Notes: a model not told the origin generated them from the letters alone. Counted from the stretch's first letter, positions 9,072-19,449 are shown. The stretch: 64,000 bases of DNA from an uncultured Acidimicrobiaceae bacterium (GCA_963836935.1 CAWILM010000038.1:62784-126783), one strand, 5' to 3'. Program-made: numbers and translations.

Positions 9072-10921
9072 GTGCCAATGCGGCCTTCTGGCGACATGCA
9101 GGCGGTGCGGAGACCAGCCGTCCTGGTCGCGCTCGTGCTCGGCGCCTACGCGGTTCTCGCCGTCTTGGCGTACTGGCCGGTCCTGCCCCTGAACGCGAGC
9201 AAGCTGCCCCACATCGGGGGAGCGGGCGCGGGGGACCCGGCCCAGATGTCGTGGTTCCTCGCCTGGACGCCTTTCGCGCTCAGGCACGGTCTCAACCCCC
9301 TCTTCAGCAACTACATCGACTTTCCCCTCGGCGTGAACCTCGCCTCGAACACGTCCGTTCCGTTGCTCGGGCTGGCGGCATCGCCGGTCACGCTCGCCTT
9401 GGGACCGGTCGCGTCCTTCAACCTCTTGCTGCGCCTCGCGCTCGCTGGTTCGGCCACGTCGATGTTCTTGGTCGCCCGGAGATGGGTGAGATGGTGGCCT
9501 GCCGCCTTCGCGGCCGGCCTGCTTTACGGGTTCGGGTCGTACATGACCTTCGAGGGCTCCGTCCACCTCGACCTCGCGTTCCTGGTCATACCTCCGCTCC
9601 TGCTCTGGTGTCTCGACGAGCTGTTCGTGACCCAAGAAAGATCGCCGGTCAACGTCGGCGTCGCGCTCGGGCTCTTGAGTGCCGCCCAGCTCCTCATCGA
9701 CCCGGAGGTACTTGCGGACTGCGCCCTCATGGCGGCGATCGGCCTGATTCTCCTTGGCCTGACGCACCGCCACGAGGTCCCTGCGCGGATCCCGCGGCGG
9801 CACCCGGGCTCGTCGCCGCAGGCGCTTGTTTCGCGGTGATCGGCGGCTACCCGATCGGGTACTTTCTTGCAGGCCCTCGCCGGATTGCCCACGGCATTCA
9901 GCCGGCCGGGGTGATAGCGGCGTTCCACGGCGATCTTCTCCAGCCCGTTCTGCGATCGTCGCCGCCTGAGACCAATTCGTCCGGTTACGTCGGCATTCCG
10001 CTGTTCCTAGGCCTTGTGGCACTGGCTGTGTTGTGGCGCAGGCTCGGGATTGTGCGGTTCGCGCTCGCGGGCGCGGGCGCGGCTTTCCTTGTTTCGCTCG
10101 GTCCGAGCCTTACCGTTGACGGGCACACCTTGGGGATCTGGCTCCCCGAGGCGCTTTTCGAGCACGTCCCTGTTCTCGTCGACCTCGAGCCGGTCAGGAT
10201 CACGGGCATTGAGATCCTCTTCCTGGCCGTTGTCCTGGCGGTCGGTCTCGACCGTACGAGGACCTGGCTAATCGAGAACTCTCGCAGTTCAAGCCCGGGT
10301 ACGCGACATGACGTCGAGCCTTGGATCCGGAGGGTGGCGTCCCGCGTCCGATCGGACCCGGGCTTGCCTACTGTTGGGCTGCTCATCCTGGTGGTCGTCG
10401 CCTTCGTGCCGCTCCTGGACCAGTTTCCCGTGGTCCAAGAGCAGCGGGCGATTGCGCCGCAGCTCACGGCATCGCTCGCACGTTCGGTTCCGAACGGCGG
10501 CGTGGTGCTCGCTTTTCCTTACCCGCGGGCCCACGACGACGAACCGATGCTCTGGCAAGCCGTCGACGAGATGAGCTTCCGTCTCGTCGGCGGTTACGCG
10601 CTCGTCCCCGGTACGAGGGGTCGGGGCGGTTATTACATCGCCCAAGGCGAGGAGTTGAGCGAGCTGTCGTCCCTTCTCACCGCTTCCCCCGGTGCTGCTG
10701 GCGTGCGACCGGGGAACGCCTGTCGTTCCCTGGAGGCGGTGGCGCGCGAATACGACGCCGACGCACTGGTTCTTCGCACGAGGGAAGGCGCGATGCGCAC
10801 TCGCGGGATCGAACTGCTCACAAAGTTCCTGGGACCCCCCAGCGCGAGCTTCAGAGCCGGCGCCGTCTGGTACGACCTAGGCGGCCGGACGCCCGGTTGG
10901 AGCTGTCCGCCCCTCGCTTAG
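9072..10921 (+). pseudogene. large polytopic membrane protein (GT-C-like, putative glycosyltransferase), frameshifted as assembled
   Basis: The N-terminal 240 aa are in frame 9072..9839 (DPAQMSWFLAWTPFALRHGLNPLFSNYIDFPLGVNLASNTS...). The rest is in frame 9026..10921 (APGLVAAGACFAVIGGYPIGYFLAG... to the C-terminus). The frame switch is near 9775-9800. Total length is not a multiple of 3. Confidence 0.55.
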
Positions 10922-11091
10922 ATGCACCGGTGGGCGTCGGGTCGTTTCGCACCGGGTGGCAAGGGCTCGGAACTGATTCGACACCGCCGTATTTCGACCC
11001 ATGGAGTCATCCCCCGGCTGGGAACGCGAGACGGCTTCGCTCAAGCAGTCACCGGGATAGGCCGATATAGGCAAATGAGCTAGCCAGGCGC

Positions 11092-11120
11092 GACCCCCAG
11101 CGCCCCCAGGTCTGGGGGTC
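11092..11120. terminator. GC-rich hairpin between convergent genes (possible bidirectional terminator)
   Basis: GACCCCCA (11092-11099) and TGGGGGTC (11113-11120) are perfect reverse complements with a 13-nt loop. No U-tract. Confidence 0.25.
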
Positions 11121-11328
11121 GTGCACAAGCCGATACGCAGCGAACCTCAGTACCACGCCATGGCTGGTCTGACCGGTCGGCATCGCGCGAGATCCCTGCG
11201 CTCGCATCTTTGCGTCTCCGATCCGCAACGGGTGTTCGTGCGTGCCCGATGAAGAGCACACGCAAGACCAGCTCCCCCGGCCGACGGCGGGAACCCGCCG
11301 CTGCTGAGGGAATGTGCCCCGGCGCCAG

Positions 11329-12834
11329 TTAGGAAACGGGGGCGTTCAACCTCGTCGATGAGGCTTCCGCCTCCTTGCGGACACTGGACATCGACAGGGC
11401 CCAGTACAGGACACCGGCGATGATCATCCCGAAGATCCAGCTGAAGTCGGCACCGTGGGTGCCGTTCGACAGCGGGCCGGTGTACGACGGCACGTAGTAC
11501 TGGGCATCGATCCACATCATTGCCCCGAACATGCCGGCCGCCAGAGCTACGAGTGCCTTCCAGTTGAAGCCGCCGTTACGCCAGTACAGACCGCCGCGTT
11601 TCTCGGCCAAGGAAAGGACGTCATAGCGACCACGGCGAAGCAGGTAGTCGACCAGGAGGATCCCGAACCAGGGTCCCAGCCAGACCACGATGTACTCGAG
11701 GAAGCCCGACAGGTCCGTATAGAAGTTGCCTTTGAAGATCACGAGGGCTGTTACAGCTCCTGAGATGACGGTGTCGACGAGCACGCAGCCCCACCTCTTG
11801 AGCGGGATCCCGATCGCCTGGAGCGTGACTCCGGAGGAGTACATGTCGATGGAGTTGATCGCGAAGAGCTGGGGGAGCGCAAGGATCAAGAAGGGCCAGA
11901 AGAACCAGCTCGCGAAGGCCGCCGGCACTGCGGCGGCGGCTGTGACCTTCGGGCTCACGAGGTAGGCGGCGGCTCCGAGGAGTTCGAGCAGGATCGACGG
12001 GATCGCCCCACCGAGCGTTGCGGCCCAGAAGGTCTGGGCTTTAGGCGTGTTCGCGGGCAGGTAGCGCGAGTAGTCGGCAGCGTTCTCGGTCCAACCCAGC
12101 CCACCGGCTGAGACGATGAGCAGCACGCCGGTCGTCCAGAGCCACCAAGAAGTGTGCTGGTGCAAGGCGGTTACGTGCGCGTGCGGGATGACCAGGATTG
12201 CCATCACGATGAACACGACAATGAACACGTAAGACAGGTACCGCAGAACCTTGGTTATGGTCGCGTGGCCGAGGAAGGGAGCTATGAACTGCACGGCCAC
12301 CGCGCAGATGATCACGGCGACCTTGGCGGCGTCGTTGAGGGTCGTTCCTTCGCGGCTGAACATCGCCTCGATGATGAGCACGACTATGACGAGACCCTCG
12401 ATCTCGAAACCGACCTGAGTGATCCAGTTGAATAGGGAAGGCGCGCGGTTGCCGTTGCGGCCAAAAGGAGCTCGGCTGACCATGAACGTTGTCGTGCCCG
12501 CCGGAGGTCCAGGGAGGCTCGCTATCCCAAGGAGCGAGTAGAAGACGTTGCCGATGAGGATCGCCCACACCGCTTGCCAGAACGAGAGCCCGAACGAGAC
12601 GATCAAGGCTCCATAGACGAGGAACTCGACATTCCACATCGCACCGGCCCACATCCAGAAAAGACCGGCCGGGCGCATCCGCCTGTCCGACGCAGGGATC
12701 AGCTCAATGCCACGCTGCTCCAGCTTGCCAACCTGGTAGTCCTCGGTGCTCGGGGGAGCATCGAGGGCCAGGGCACCGGAACTGCCGCCGCCCATTAGAA
12801 GACCGGCACCCTCCGCCGGAGTCGTATCGTCCAT
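11329..12834 (-). CDS. NCS1 family permease (purine-cytosine / nucleobase:cation symporter-1)
   Basis: 501-aa ORF, about 12 TM helices. N-terminal GIELIPASDRRMRPAGLFWMWAGAMWNVEFLVYG is typical of cytosine/purine permeases. RBS GGAGAGG lies before ATG 12834. Confidence 0.8.
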   Translation of the reverse strand: MDDTTPAEGAGLLMGGGSSGALALDAPPSTEDYQVGKLEQRGIELIPASDRRMRPAGLFWMWAGAMWNVEFLVYGALIVSFGLSFWQAVWAILIGNVFYSLLGIASLPGPPAGTTTFMVSRAPFGRNGNRAPSLFNWITQVGFEIEGLVIVVLIIEAMFSREGTTLNDAAKVAVIICAVAVQFIAPFLGHATITKVLRYLSYVFIVVFIVMAILVIPHAHVTALHQHTSWWLWTTGVLLIVSAGGLGWTENAADYSRYLPANTPKAQTFWAATLGGAIPSILLELLGAAAYLVSPKVTAAAAVPAAFASWFFWPFLILALPQLFAINSIDMYSSGVTLQAIGIPLKRWGCVLVDTVISGAVTALVIFKGNFYTDLSGFLEYIVVWLGPWFGILLVDYLLRRGRYDVLSLAEKRGGLYWRNGGFNWKALVALAAGMFGAMMWIDAQYYVPSYTGPLSNGTHGADFSWIFGMIIAGVLYWALSMSSVRKEAEASSTRLNAPVS

Positions 12835-13240
12835 AGCCTCTCCATTCGCTTGACGTTGCTGATAAGCCCCATTTCACAACCCCAACGTCGCTGCTTGAAC
12901 CAGCTGCGACCGAGACGATGTGCCTCGTCAAGATTGTCCCACGGGTAGTCGCGTGTCGGGAGGCTTTCTTCCGGTTCCCACCCGGACCGGTGGGCGTCGG
13001 GGCGTGTCGCTCAGCCGGATACGCCTGGTTCTGCCGCCTACCGCGTGCTCGCGTCGGGAGGGAGAAGACAGTGGGCCGGGCCATCCGGGTGCGGGAAAGG
13101 CTCCGGCTTGTCCTCCCGGCGGGGACCACGTGAGCTCGGACCGCGACCTGGGCTTGCGCCCGGCAGCAAATGTAGGCTGCAGGCGCAGCAGCAGGAGGAT
13201 GCCTGGCCGGTTAGGGCCGAACGACCCTGTACACGCGTTC

Positions 13241-13251
13241 GCAAAGTTTGC
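13241..13251. promoter_or_regulatory. small palindrome GCAAAGTTTGC in the divergent control region (candidate operator)
   Basis: Perfect 5-1-5 inverted repeat inside the locally AT-richer stretch TTCGCAAAGTTTGCATTCTAGGAAATGA, about 100 nt upstream of the BMP-protein start. No known regulator assigned. Confidence 0.15.
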
Positions 13252-13350
13252 ATTCTAGGAAATGAGCCGGTGACCCGGGCCTTCCCGGTCGGCACAACGG
13301 AAGAGATGGCCGGCGGTAGTGGACGGTCATCCCGAGAGGAGACAGAGGTC

Positions 13351-14496
13351 ATGAGCAGGATGAAGAGGTTGTTGAGCGTGTTCGTCGCGTTCACGATGGT
13401 CGGCGCGGTCGCAGTCGGCGCCGCAAGCAGTGTGTCCTCGAGCGCGAGCACGAAGACGGCGGCGGCGGCCCCGGGTAGCCAGTGGACCAAGAGCCACCCA
13501 TTCAAGGCGGCGTTCATCTACGTCGGAGCTCCGAGTGATGCTGGCTGGACTCATGCCCATGACGTCGGCCGCCTCGAAGTGCAGAAGTATTTCGGTGGGC
13601 GCGTCCAGACCATGTACAAGGAGGACGTACCCGAGGGACCACAGTGCTCACAGGTGATCACGCAACTGGTCGACGCCGGAGCGAACATCATCTTCGCCAC
13701 TTCGTACGGTTATCAGCCGGAGCTAGTCGCGGCTGCCGTGAAGTACCCGCACGTGCTCTTCGAGCAGGCGACGGGAACCACGGTGACCAAGACCCTGGCG
13801 GAGTACTACGGGGCCGGTGAGGACGGCGACTACCTGTCCGGAATGGCAGCGGGCGCCGCCTCGGTCACAGGCAAGATCGGTTTCGTCGCTCCCTATCCGA
13901 TCCCAGAGGTCATCCGCGAGATCGACGCGTTCACGATGGGCGCGCAGGTGATGAACCCGAAGGCGACGGTCAAGGTCGTCTGGACGAACACCTGGTTCGG
14001 CCCGGCGACGGAGAGGACGGCTGCTGAGGCCCTCGTCGCCGCTGGCGTGGACGTGCTCAGCGACGGCCAGGACAGCCCGACGACCGGTCAGGTGGCAGAG
14101 GCCCACGGCCTGAAGTGGACCGGGTACGACTCCAACCAGGAGAGCTTCGCCCCCAAGGCCTGGCTCACCGCGACGACTTACAACTGGGGCCCCTACTACA
14201 TCCAGGAAGTCAAAGCGGCCATGAACGGCACCTGGAAGAGCCACTTCTGGTACGGCAGCCTGGCCGACCACTTCGTGATCATGGCCCCCTTCGGGCCGTC
14301 GGTCACGGCGGCGACTCGCACGGCGATACTGGCCAAAGAGGCCGCCATCATCAAGGGCACCTTCGACCCGTTCACCGGACCGATCATTGAGCAGAACGGG
14401 TCCGTGGGCGTGAAGGCCGGCGTCACCCTCACGGTGATGCAGAAGTACTCATTGAGCTGGTTCGTGAAGGGCGTTATCGGCAACCCGAAGGGCTAA
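13351..14496 (+). CDS. BMP-family ABC transporter substrate-binding protein (PnrA/Med-like, nucleoside-type)
   Basis: In ORF 13045..14496. ATG 13351 is preceded by GAGAGGAGACAGAGG. Signal-like N-terminus MSRMKRLLSVFVAFTMVGAVAVGAASS. It heads a four-gene operon with matching ATPase and permeases. Confidence 0.8.
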   Translation: MSRMKRLLSVFVAFTMVGAVAVGAASSVSSSASTKTAAAAPGSQWTKSHPFKAAFIYVGAPSDAGWTHAHDVGRLEVQKYFGGRVQTMYKEDVPEGPQCSQVITQLVDAGANIIFATSYGYQPELVAAAVKYPHVLFEQATGTTVTKTLAEYYGAGEDGDYLSGMAAGAASVTGKIGFVAPYPIPEVIREIDAFTMGAQVMNPKATVKVVWTNTWFGPATERTAAEALVAAGVDVLSDGQDSPTTGQVAEAHGLKWTGYDSNQESFAPKAWLTATTYNWGPYYIQEVKAAMNGTWKSHFWYGSLADHFVIMAPFGPSVTAATRTAILAKEAAIIKGTFDPFTGPIIEQNGSVGVKAGVTLTVMQKYSLSWFVKGVIGNPKG

Positions 14497-14504
14497 CGGG
14501 ATCC

Positions 14505-16115
14505 ATGACCGACTCCGTGCTTGACGCTGGGAACGGACAGACGGCTCCTGTCGCAGGTCCGACCCCGGCGTCAAGCCTCTCGGCCAATGCCCCCGGCGGA
14601 ATGCCGGGGGCATTGGCCGTGGAGGCCATCGACATGACGAAGCGCTTTCCCGGCGTCGTCGCGAACGATCACGTGTCGTTCCAGGCTGCCGCTGGAGAGG
14701 TGCACGCCCTGCTCGGTGAGAACGGAGCCGGCAAGACCACGTTGTGCAATCTCCTCATGGGCTTGTACCGCCCAGACGAGGGCAAGCTGTTCATAGGCGG
14801 TCGCGCCGTGCGGTTCCACTCCCCGAAAGATGCGCAGGACGTGGGCATCTTTATGGTCCACCAGCACCTGCGTCTTGTGGAGAGCATGACGGTGGCGGAG
14901 AACGTTGTGCTCGGATGGTCAAAGCCGCGAAAGCTGCGCTTCGCCCCGCGCGCGGTCGAGAAGGCTGTCGCCGAGGCCGCCGATCGTTTCCAGATGCCCG
15001 TCGACCCGCGGGCGAGGATCTGGCAGTTGTCGCTGGGAGAACGCCAGCGGGTGGAGATCTTAAAGGCCCTCTACCGCGGTGCCAGGATCCTCATCCTCGA
15101 CGAGCCGACCACGGTGCTCACGCCCCAGGAGACCGATCAGCTCTTCTCCTCCGTGCGCGACATGGCCGCCGCCGGCAGGACCGTGATCTTCATCTCCCAC
15201 AAACTGCCCGAGGTCCTCGCGGTCGCCGACCGGGTGACGATCCTGCGCCAGGGCCGCTCGATCGCCACCGTCCCGACAGCCGGTACCGACGCCGACCAGC
15301 TGGCCGGCTTGATGGTGGGGCGCGAAGTCTCCCTCGAGGCGACTGCCAAGCTCACGGAGGAGCCTGGTCCGGTCGTGCTCGAGCTGCAGCGCGTCTCGGC
15401 ACGCGGCGACCTTGGCACCGAGGCACTGAAGGACGTCACGCTCCAGGTGAGCAGCGGGGAGATCCTCGGCATCGCCGGCGTCGCAGGCAATGGCCAACGC
15501 GAGCTTGCCGAGGTCATCACGGGGCTGCGCGCGACCACGGCGGGCAAGATCAGCATCGCCGGCACGCAACTTCCTGCGGGCGATTCCCGTGCGGCCATCG
15601 ATCTCGGGGTTGCCTATGTGCCCGAGGACCGGATGGGCACCGGTATCTCACCCAACCTCTCGATCGCCGAGAACTTGATGTTGAAGTCCTACCGGGGAAA
15701 GACGATGCGCGCGGGCCTGTTGCTTTCGAGCCGGAAGGCGAACGCCAGCGCGAAGGAGATGATCGCGCGTTTCGACGTCCGGGCCCCGGGACCACGCACG
15801 CTTGTCCGCCAGCTCTCGGGCGGCAACATCCAGAAGGTTCTCCTCGCGCGTGAGCTGTCTTCTGATCCGCGACTCCTTGTGGCCGCCTCACCCACCCGCG
15901 GCCTCGACGTCGGAGCGACCCAGTACGTGCGGCGTGTGCTCGCCGAGACGGCCCAGCACGGCGTCGCCGTCGTCATGGTGAGCGAGGACCTGGACGAGAT
16001 CCTCGAGCTTTCGGACCGCATTGCCGTGTTTTACAACGGCCGGATCGTCGGGATCATCCCCGCCGCCGGCGCGAACCGGCAACAGATCGGGCTGATGATG
16101 GCGGGCGCGGCATGA
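14505..16115 (+). CDS. ABC transporter ATP-binding protein, duplicated ATPase (sugar/nucleoside uptake type)
   Basis: 536 aa. Walker A GENGAGKTT, signature LSLGERQRV, Walker B ILILDEPT. A second half carries LSGGNIQKV. Confidence 0.9.
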   Translation: MTDSVLDAGNGQTAPVAGPTPASSLSANAPGGMPGALAVEAIDMTKRFPGVVANDHVSFQAAAGEVHALLGENGAGKTTLCNLLMGLYRPDEGKLFIGGRAVRFHSPKDAQDVGIFMVHQHLRLVESMTVAENVVLGWSKPRKLRFAPRAVEKAVAEAADRFQMPVDPRARIWQLSLGERQRVEILKALYRGARILILDEPTTVLTPQETDQLFSSVRDMAAAGRTVIFISHKLPEVLAVADRVTILRQGRSIATVPTAGTDADQLAGLMVGREVSLEATAKLTEEPGPVVLELQRVSARGDLGTEALKDVTLQVSSGEILGIAGVAGNGQRELAEVITGLRATTAGKISIAGTQLPAGDSRAAIDLGVAYVPEDRMGTGISPNLSIAENLMLKSYRGKTMRAGLLLSSRKANASAKEMIARFDVRAPGPRTLVRQLSGGNIQKVLLARELSSDPRLLVAASPTRGLDVGATQYVRRVLAETAQHGVAVVMVSEDLDEILELSDRIAVFYNGRIVGIIPAAGANRQQIGLMMAGAA

Positions 16116-17251
16116 CAGGCCCTCTGCGCGTCGAGCGCCGCCTCGACACTCCAAAGTGGCTGAAGGTTGCCGTGCCAGTCGTGTCCCTCGTGTTGGCGGC
16201 GATCATCGTCGGCATCCTCCTGGCCGCGACCGGCCATAACCCGTTCTCGACCTATCACCAGATGTACTCGGCCTCGGTCACCGCCGACGGGGCCCTCACG
16301 GCCACGTTCGTCTACGCCACGCCGATGCTTTTCACCGGGCTGTGCGCCGGCTTCGCCTTCCGGATGCGGACCTGGAACATCGGTGGTGAGGGCCAGCTGT
16401 ACATGGGTGCGGTCGGGGCCTCGGCGACTGGCCTCGTACTCGGCGACTGGCCCCGCCCGTTGCTCATCATCGCCATGGTCCTCGGCGGTGCCTTCGCTGG
16501 GATGCTCTGGGCAACGATTCCGGCGCTGCTCCGCGCGTACCTGCGCACCAACGAGATCCTCACCTCGCTCATGCTCAACTACGTCGCCGGGTTCTTGATG
16601 TACTACCTGATCTACGACAGTGACTCTTACTGGCGGGACCTCACCACACCCGGGGCGTCGGTGTTCCCGACCGGCAAGACGCTCGGCGCGAACGCATCGT
16701 GGCCGGGGGTCACGATCGGGACCTTCACGCTTCCCATGGGCTTCCTGCTCGGTGTCGGACTGGCCGTCGGCCTGCTCGTGCTCATCCGCTCGACCCGCTA
16801 CGGATTCGAGATGCGGGTCATGGGCGATTCGCCCACCGCCGCCAACTACTCCGGCATCCGCACGAAGCGGAAGATCGTCTCGGTGATGGCCATATCGGGT
16901 GGCATCGCCGGCATCGCCGGCTCGAGCCAGATCGGCGACTTCGGGCACGTGCTCGATCCCCGCGGGCTCCAACAAGCGCAGTACGGATACACCGGCATCG
17001 TCGTCGCGGCCCTTGCTTTGTACAACCCGCTCGCCGTCGTGCTCGTGTCGCTTTTGATCGGCGGCCTCACGAATGCGGGCTTCGCTCTCGAGGGTCCCTC
17101 TTTCCCGACCGGTCTCGTCGGCACCATGGAGGGGATCATCCTGTTCACCGTGCTAGGTGGCGAGATCCTCGCCCGTTACCGGATCGGGCTGCGTCGCCGC
17201 GTTGCGCCGGCAGGTGCCGGCGCGGTAGTCGAGACCGGCGTGCCGTCATGA
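16112..17251 (+). CDS. ABC transporter permease (BMP-system, first permease)
   Basis: 379-aa polytopic ORF. ATGA overlap with the ATPase stop at 16112-16115. Confidence 0.85.
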   Translation: MTGPLRVERRLDTPKWLKVAVPVVSLVLAAIIVGILLAATGHNPFSTYHQMYSASVTADGALTATFVYATPMLFTGLCAGFAFRMRTWNIGGEGQLYMGAVGASATGLVLGDWPRPLLIIAMVLGGAFAGMLWATIPALLRAYLRTNEILTSLMLNYVAGFLMYYLIYDSDSYWRDLTTPGASVFPTGKTLGANASWPGVTIGTFTLPMGFLLGVGLAVGLLVLIRSTRYGFEMRVMGDSPTAANYSGIRTKRKIVSVMAISGGIAGIAGSSQIGDFGHVLDPRGLQQAQYGYTGIVVAALALYNPLAVVLVSLLIGGLTNAGFALEGPSFPTGLVGTMEGIILFTVLGGEILARYRIGLRRRVAPAGAGAVVETGVPS

Positions 17252-18210
17252 ACTCGAACATCGTCCTGGCCGTGTTCGTCTCGGCGATCGCCTTCGGCAC
17301 GCCGCTCGTCCTTGCTGGCCTCGGCGAGCTGCTCGCGGAGCGCTCGGGCGTCCTCAACCTCGGTGTCGAGGGAATGATGCTCATGGGGGCCGTGAGCGCG
17401 TTCTGCGTCTCGCAGAAGATGCACGGGGCTACTTGGGTGATACTGCTGCTCGCGGTGCTCGCCTCCATGGCGGCGGGCGCCGCCATGGCACTCATTCACG
17501 CGTTCTTGTCGATCACGATCCGGGTGAACCAGATCGTCTCCGGCCTCGCGATCACGATCTTCTCCGGCCTGATCGGGCTGTCCTCCTACCTCGGGCAGGT
17601 CTGGAACATCGGCGGCGTGGCCGGGAAACATCAGTTCAACGGGATCGACCTGTTCGGTCTGCAGAACCTGCCGATCATCGGGCCGCTCATCTTCAACCAG
17701 GACGCCTTCGTCTACGCCTCGTGGGTGCTCGTCCTCGCCGTCTTCTACTACCTGTACCGCACCCGGCCAGGCCTTTATCTGAGGGCGGTGGGCGAGAACC
17801 CGTCGGCTGCCGATGCGATGGGCATCAACGTGACCGCCTACCGGTACACGCACACGCTCATCGGCGGAGCGCTCGCGGGACTCGGGGGCGCCTACTTCAC
17901 CCTCGCCCTCGCCCCCATCTGGACCGACGGCCTCACCGCCGGCGACGGGTGGATCGCCATCGCCCTGGTCATCTTCGCCTTCTGGCGCCCCGACCTGCTC
18001 GTGCTCGGGGCCTACCTGTTCGGTGCCTTCTCTGCTCTCGGACCGACCCTGCAGACACGGGGCATCACGGTCCTGCCGTCGGAGTTCTACTCCGCCCTGC
18101 CGTTCCTCATGACGGTCATCGCGCTGGCAGCGGCCTCGACGAGCTGGGCCAACCGCCGCGTCGGGACGCCGGCATCACTTGGCATCCCCTACACGCGTGA
18201 GGAAGGTTGA
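17248..18210 (+). CDS. ABC transporter permease (BMP-system, second permease)
   Basis: In-frame ATG 17248 (MNSNIVLAVFVSAIAFGTPLVLAGLGE) lies inside ORF 16699..18210. ATGA overlap with the upstream permease stop. Confidence 0.85.
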   Translation: MNSNIVLAVFVSAIAFGTPLVLAGLGELLAERSGVLNLGVEGMMLMGAVSAFCVSQKMHGATWVILLLAVLASMAAGAAMALIHAFLSITIRVNQIVSGLAITIFSGLIGLSSYLGQVWNIGGVAGKHQFNGIDLFGLQNLPIIGPLIFNQDAFVYASWVLVLAVFYYLYRTRPGLYLRAVGENPSAADAMGINVTAYRYTHTLIGGALAGLGGAYFTLALAPIWTDGLTAGDGWIAIALVIFAFWRPDLLVLGAYLFGAFSALGPTLQTRGITVLPSEFYSALPFLMTVIALAAASTSWANRRVGTPASLGIPYTREEG

Positions 18211-18333
18211 GCTCTTCCTCGGCCACACGCCGAACCCAGCGCGGCCTCGGCACCCGAGTCGGCAGGCGATAGCCGACGCTGCGACGCCCCACCGCCCGCC
18301 GCTTTGGGCCTGTCGACCGAGCCGCGAGCGAGC

Positions 18334-19449
18334 TCAGTCCCCGGCTCTTGTGAACGTCTCGGACTGCGTCGTGAAGCTGTCCAGGACAGGGCGCAGGACC
18401 TCGACGCCAAGGCCGGGGCCGGTGGGGACGGTGATCATGCCGTCGCGGAGCACGAAGGGGGCAGTTATGTCCTGGTGGAAGTAACGGTCGGTGGCGGAGA
18501 TGTCGCCCGGCAGCGTGAACCCGGGGAGCGAAGCCAGCGCGAGGTTGGCGGCGCGGCCGAGACCGGTCTCCAGCATGCCGCCGCACCACACGGGGACGTT
18601 CTCTGACCTGCACACGTCGTGGACGGCGCGTGCCTCGAGGTAACCCCCGACGCGTCCCGCCTTGATGCTCACGACCGAGCAGGCGCCGAGGGAGATGGCG
18701 GTGGCGGCGGTCTGGGCAGAGATGATCGACTCGTCGAGGCACACCGGCGTCGCGATCCGGTTCGCGAGCTGGGCGTGGCCGATGAGGTCGTCTTCGTCCA
18801 GGGGCTGCTCGATGAGGAGCAGGGAAAAGCGGTCGAGCTGGGCGAGGTGGCCTATGTCACTGCGCCGGTAGGCCGAGTTCGCGTCCACTTGCAGCATGAG
18901 GTCGGCTCCGAAGCGATCCCGGACCGCCTCGACCGGAACCAGGTCCCAGCCAGGCTGAATCTTGAGCTTGACCCGCCGGTAACCGGCGGCGAGATACTCG
19001 GAGACGCAGTCCAGGAGCTCGCTGACGGAGCTCATGATGCCGACTGCGACTCCCGGGGTCACCGCGTCGGTGACGCCACCAAGGAAGCTGGCGAGAGAGA
19101 TGCCTGTCACGCGCAGCTGCGCGTCGAGCACCGCCATCTCCAAGGCGGCCTTCGCCATCCGGTGGCCCTTGACCTCGCGGAGGACAGGCGGCACGTCAAC
19201 GGCGGTGAGATCAGACGCACGGAGGAGTTTCGGCCCGAGGTAGCGCCCGAGCGTGAGCCAAGCCGCGTCGAGGTACTCCGAGGAATAGAGGGGATCTGAA
19301 CCGGCGACGCACTCACCCCAACCTTCGCCGTCGTCGGACTCCACGCGGACCAGCAGCGCCTCACGGTTGGACTCGGTTCCGTGCGCGGTGCGGAAAGGTG
19401 ACACCAGCGGCAGGCAGACACGACGCAGCTCTATGGCGTGCAGGTTCAC
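18334..19449 (-). CDS. menC: o-succinylbenzoate synthase / N-succinylamino-acid racemase subfamily (enolase superfamily)
   Basis: ORF 18334..19509. Strongly resembles actinobacterial NSAR/OSBS as I remember it (IELRRVxLPLVSPFRT, GHRMAKAALEMAVLDA, RVKLKIQPGWD, QVDANSAY, LIEQPL, CLDESI, IKAGRVGG, VWCGGMLETGLGRAANLALASLP). By that alignment the start is GTG 19449 (VNLHAIELRR). The symbol is tentative because no other men genes are nearby. Confidence 0.8.
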   Translation of the reverse strand: MNLHAIELRRVCLPLVSPFRTAHGTESNREALLVRVESDDGEGWGECVAGSDPLYSSEYLDAAWLTLGRYLGPKLLRASDLTAVDVPPVLREVKGHRMAKAALEMAVLDAQLRVTGISLASFLGGVTDAVTPGVAVGIMSSVSELLDCVSEYLAAGYRRVKLKIQPGWDLVPVEAVRDRFGADLMLQVDANSAYRRSDIGHLAQLDRFSLLLIEQPLDEDDLIGHAQLANRIATPVCLDESIISAQTAATAISLGACSVVSIKAGRVGGYLEARAVHDVCRSENVPVWCGGMLETGLGRAANLALASLPGFTLPGDISATDRYFHQDITAPFVLRDGMITVPTGPGLGVEVLRPVLDSFTTQSETFTRAGD

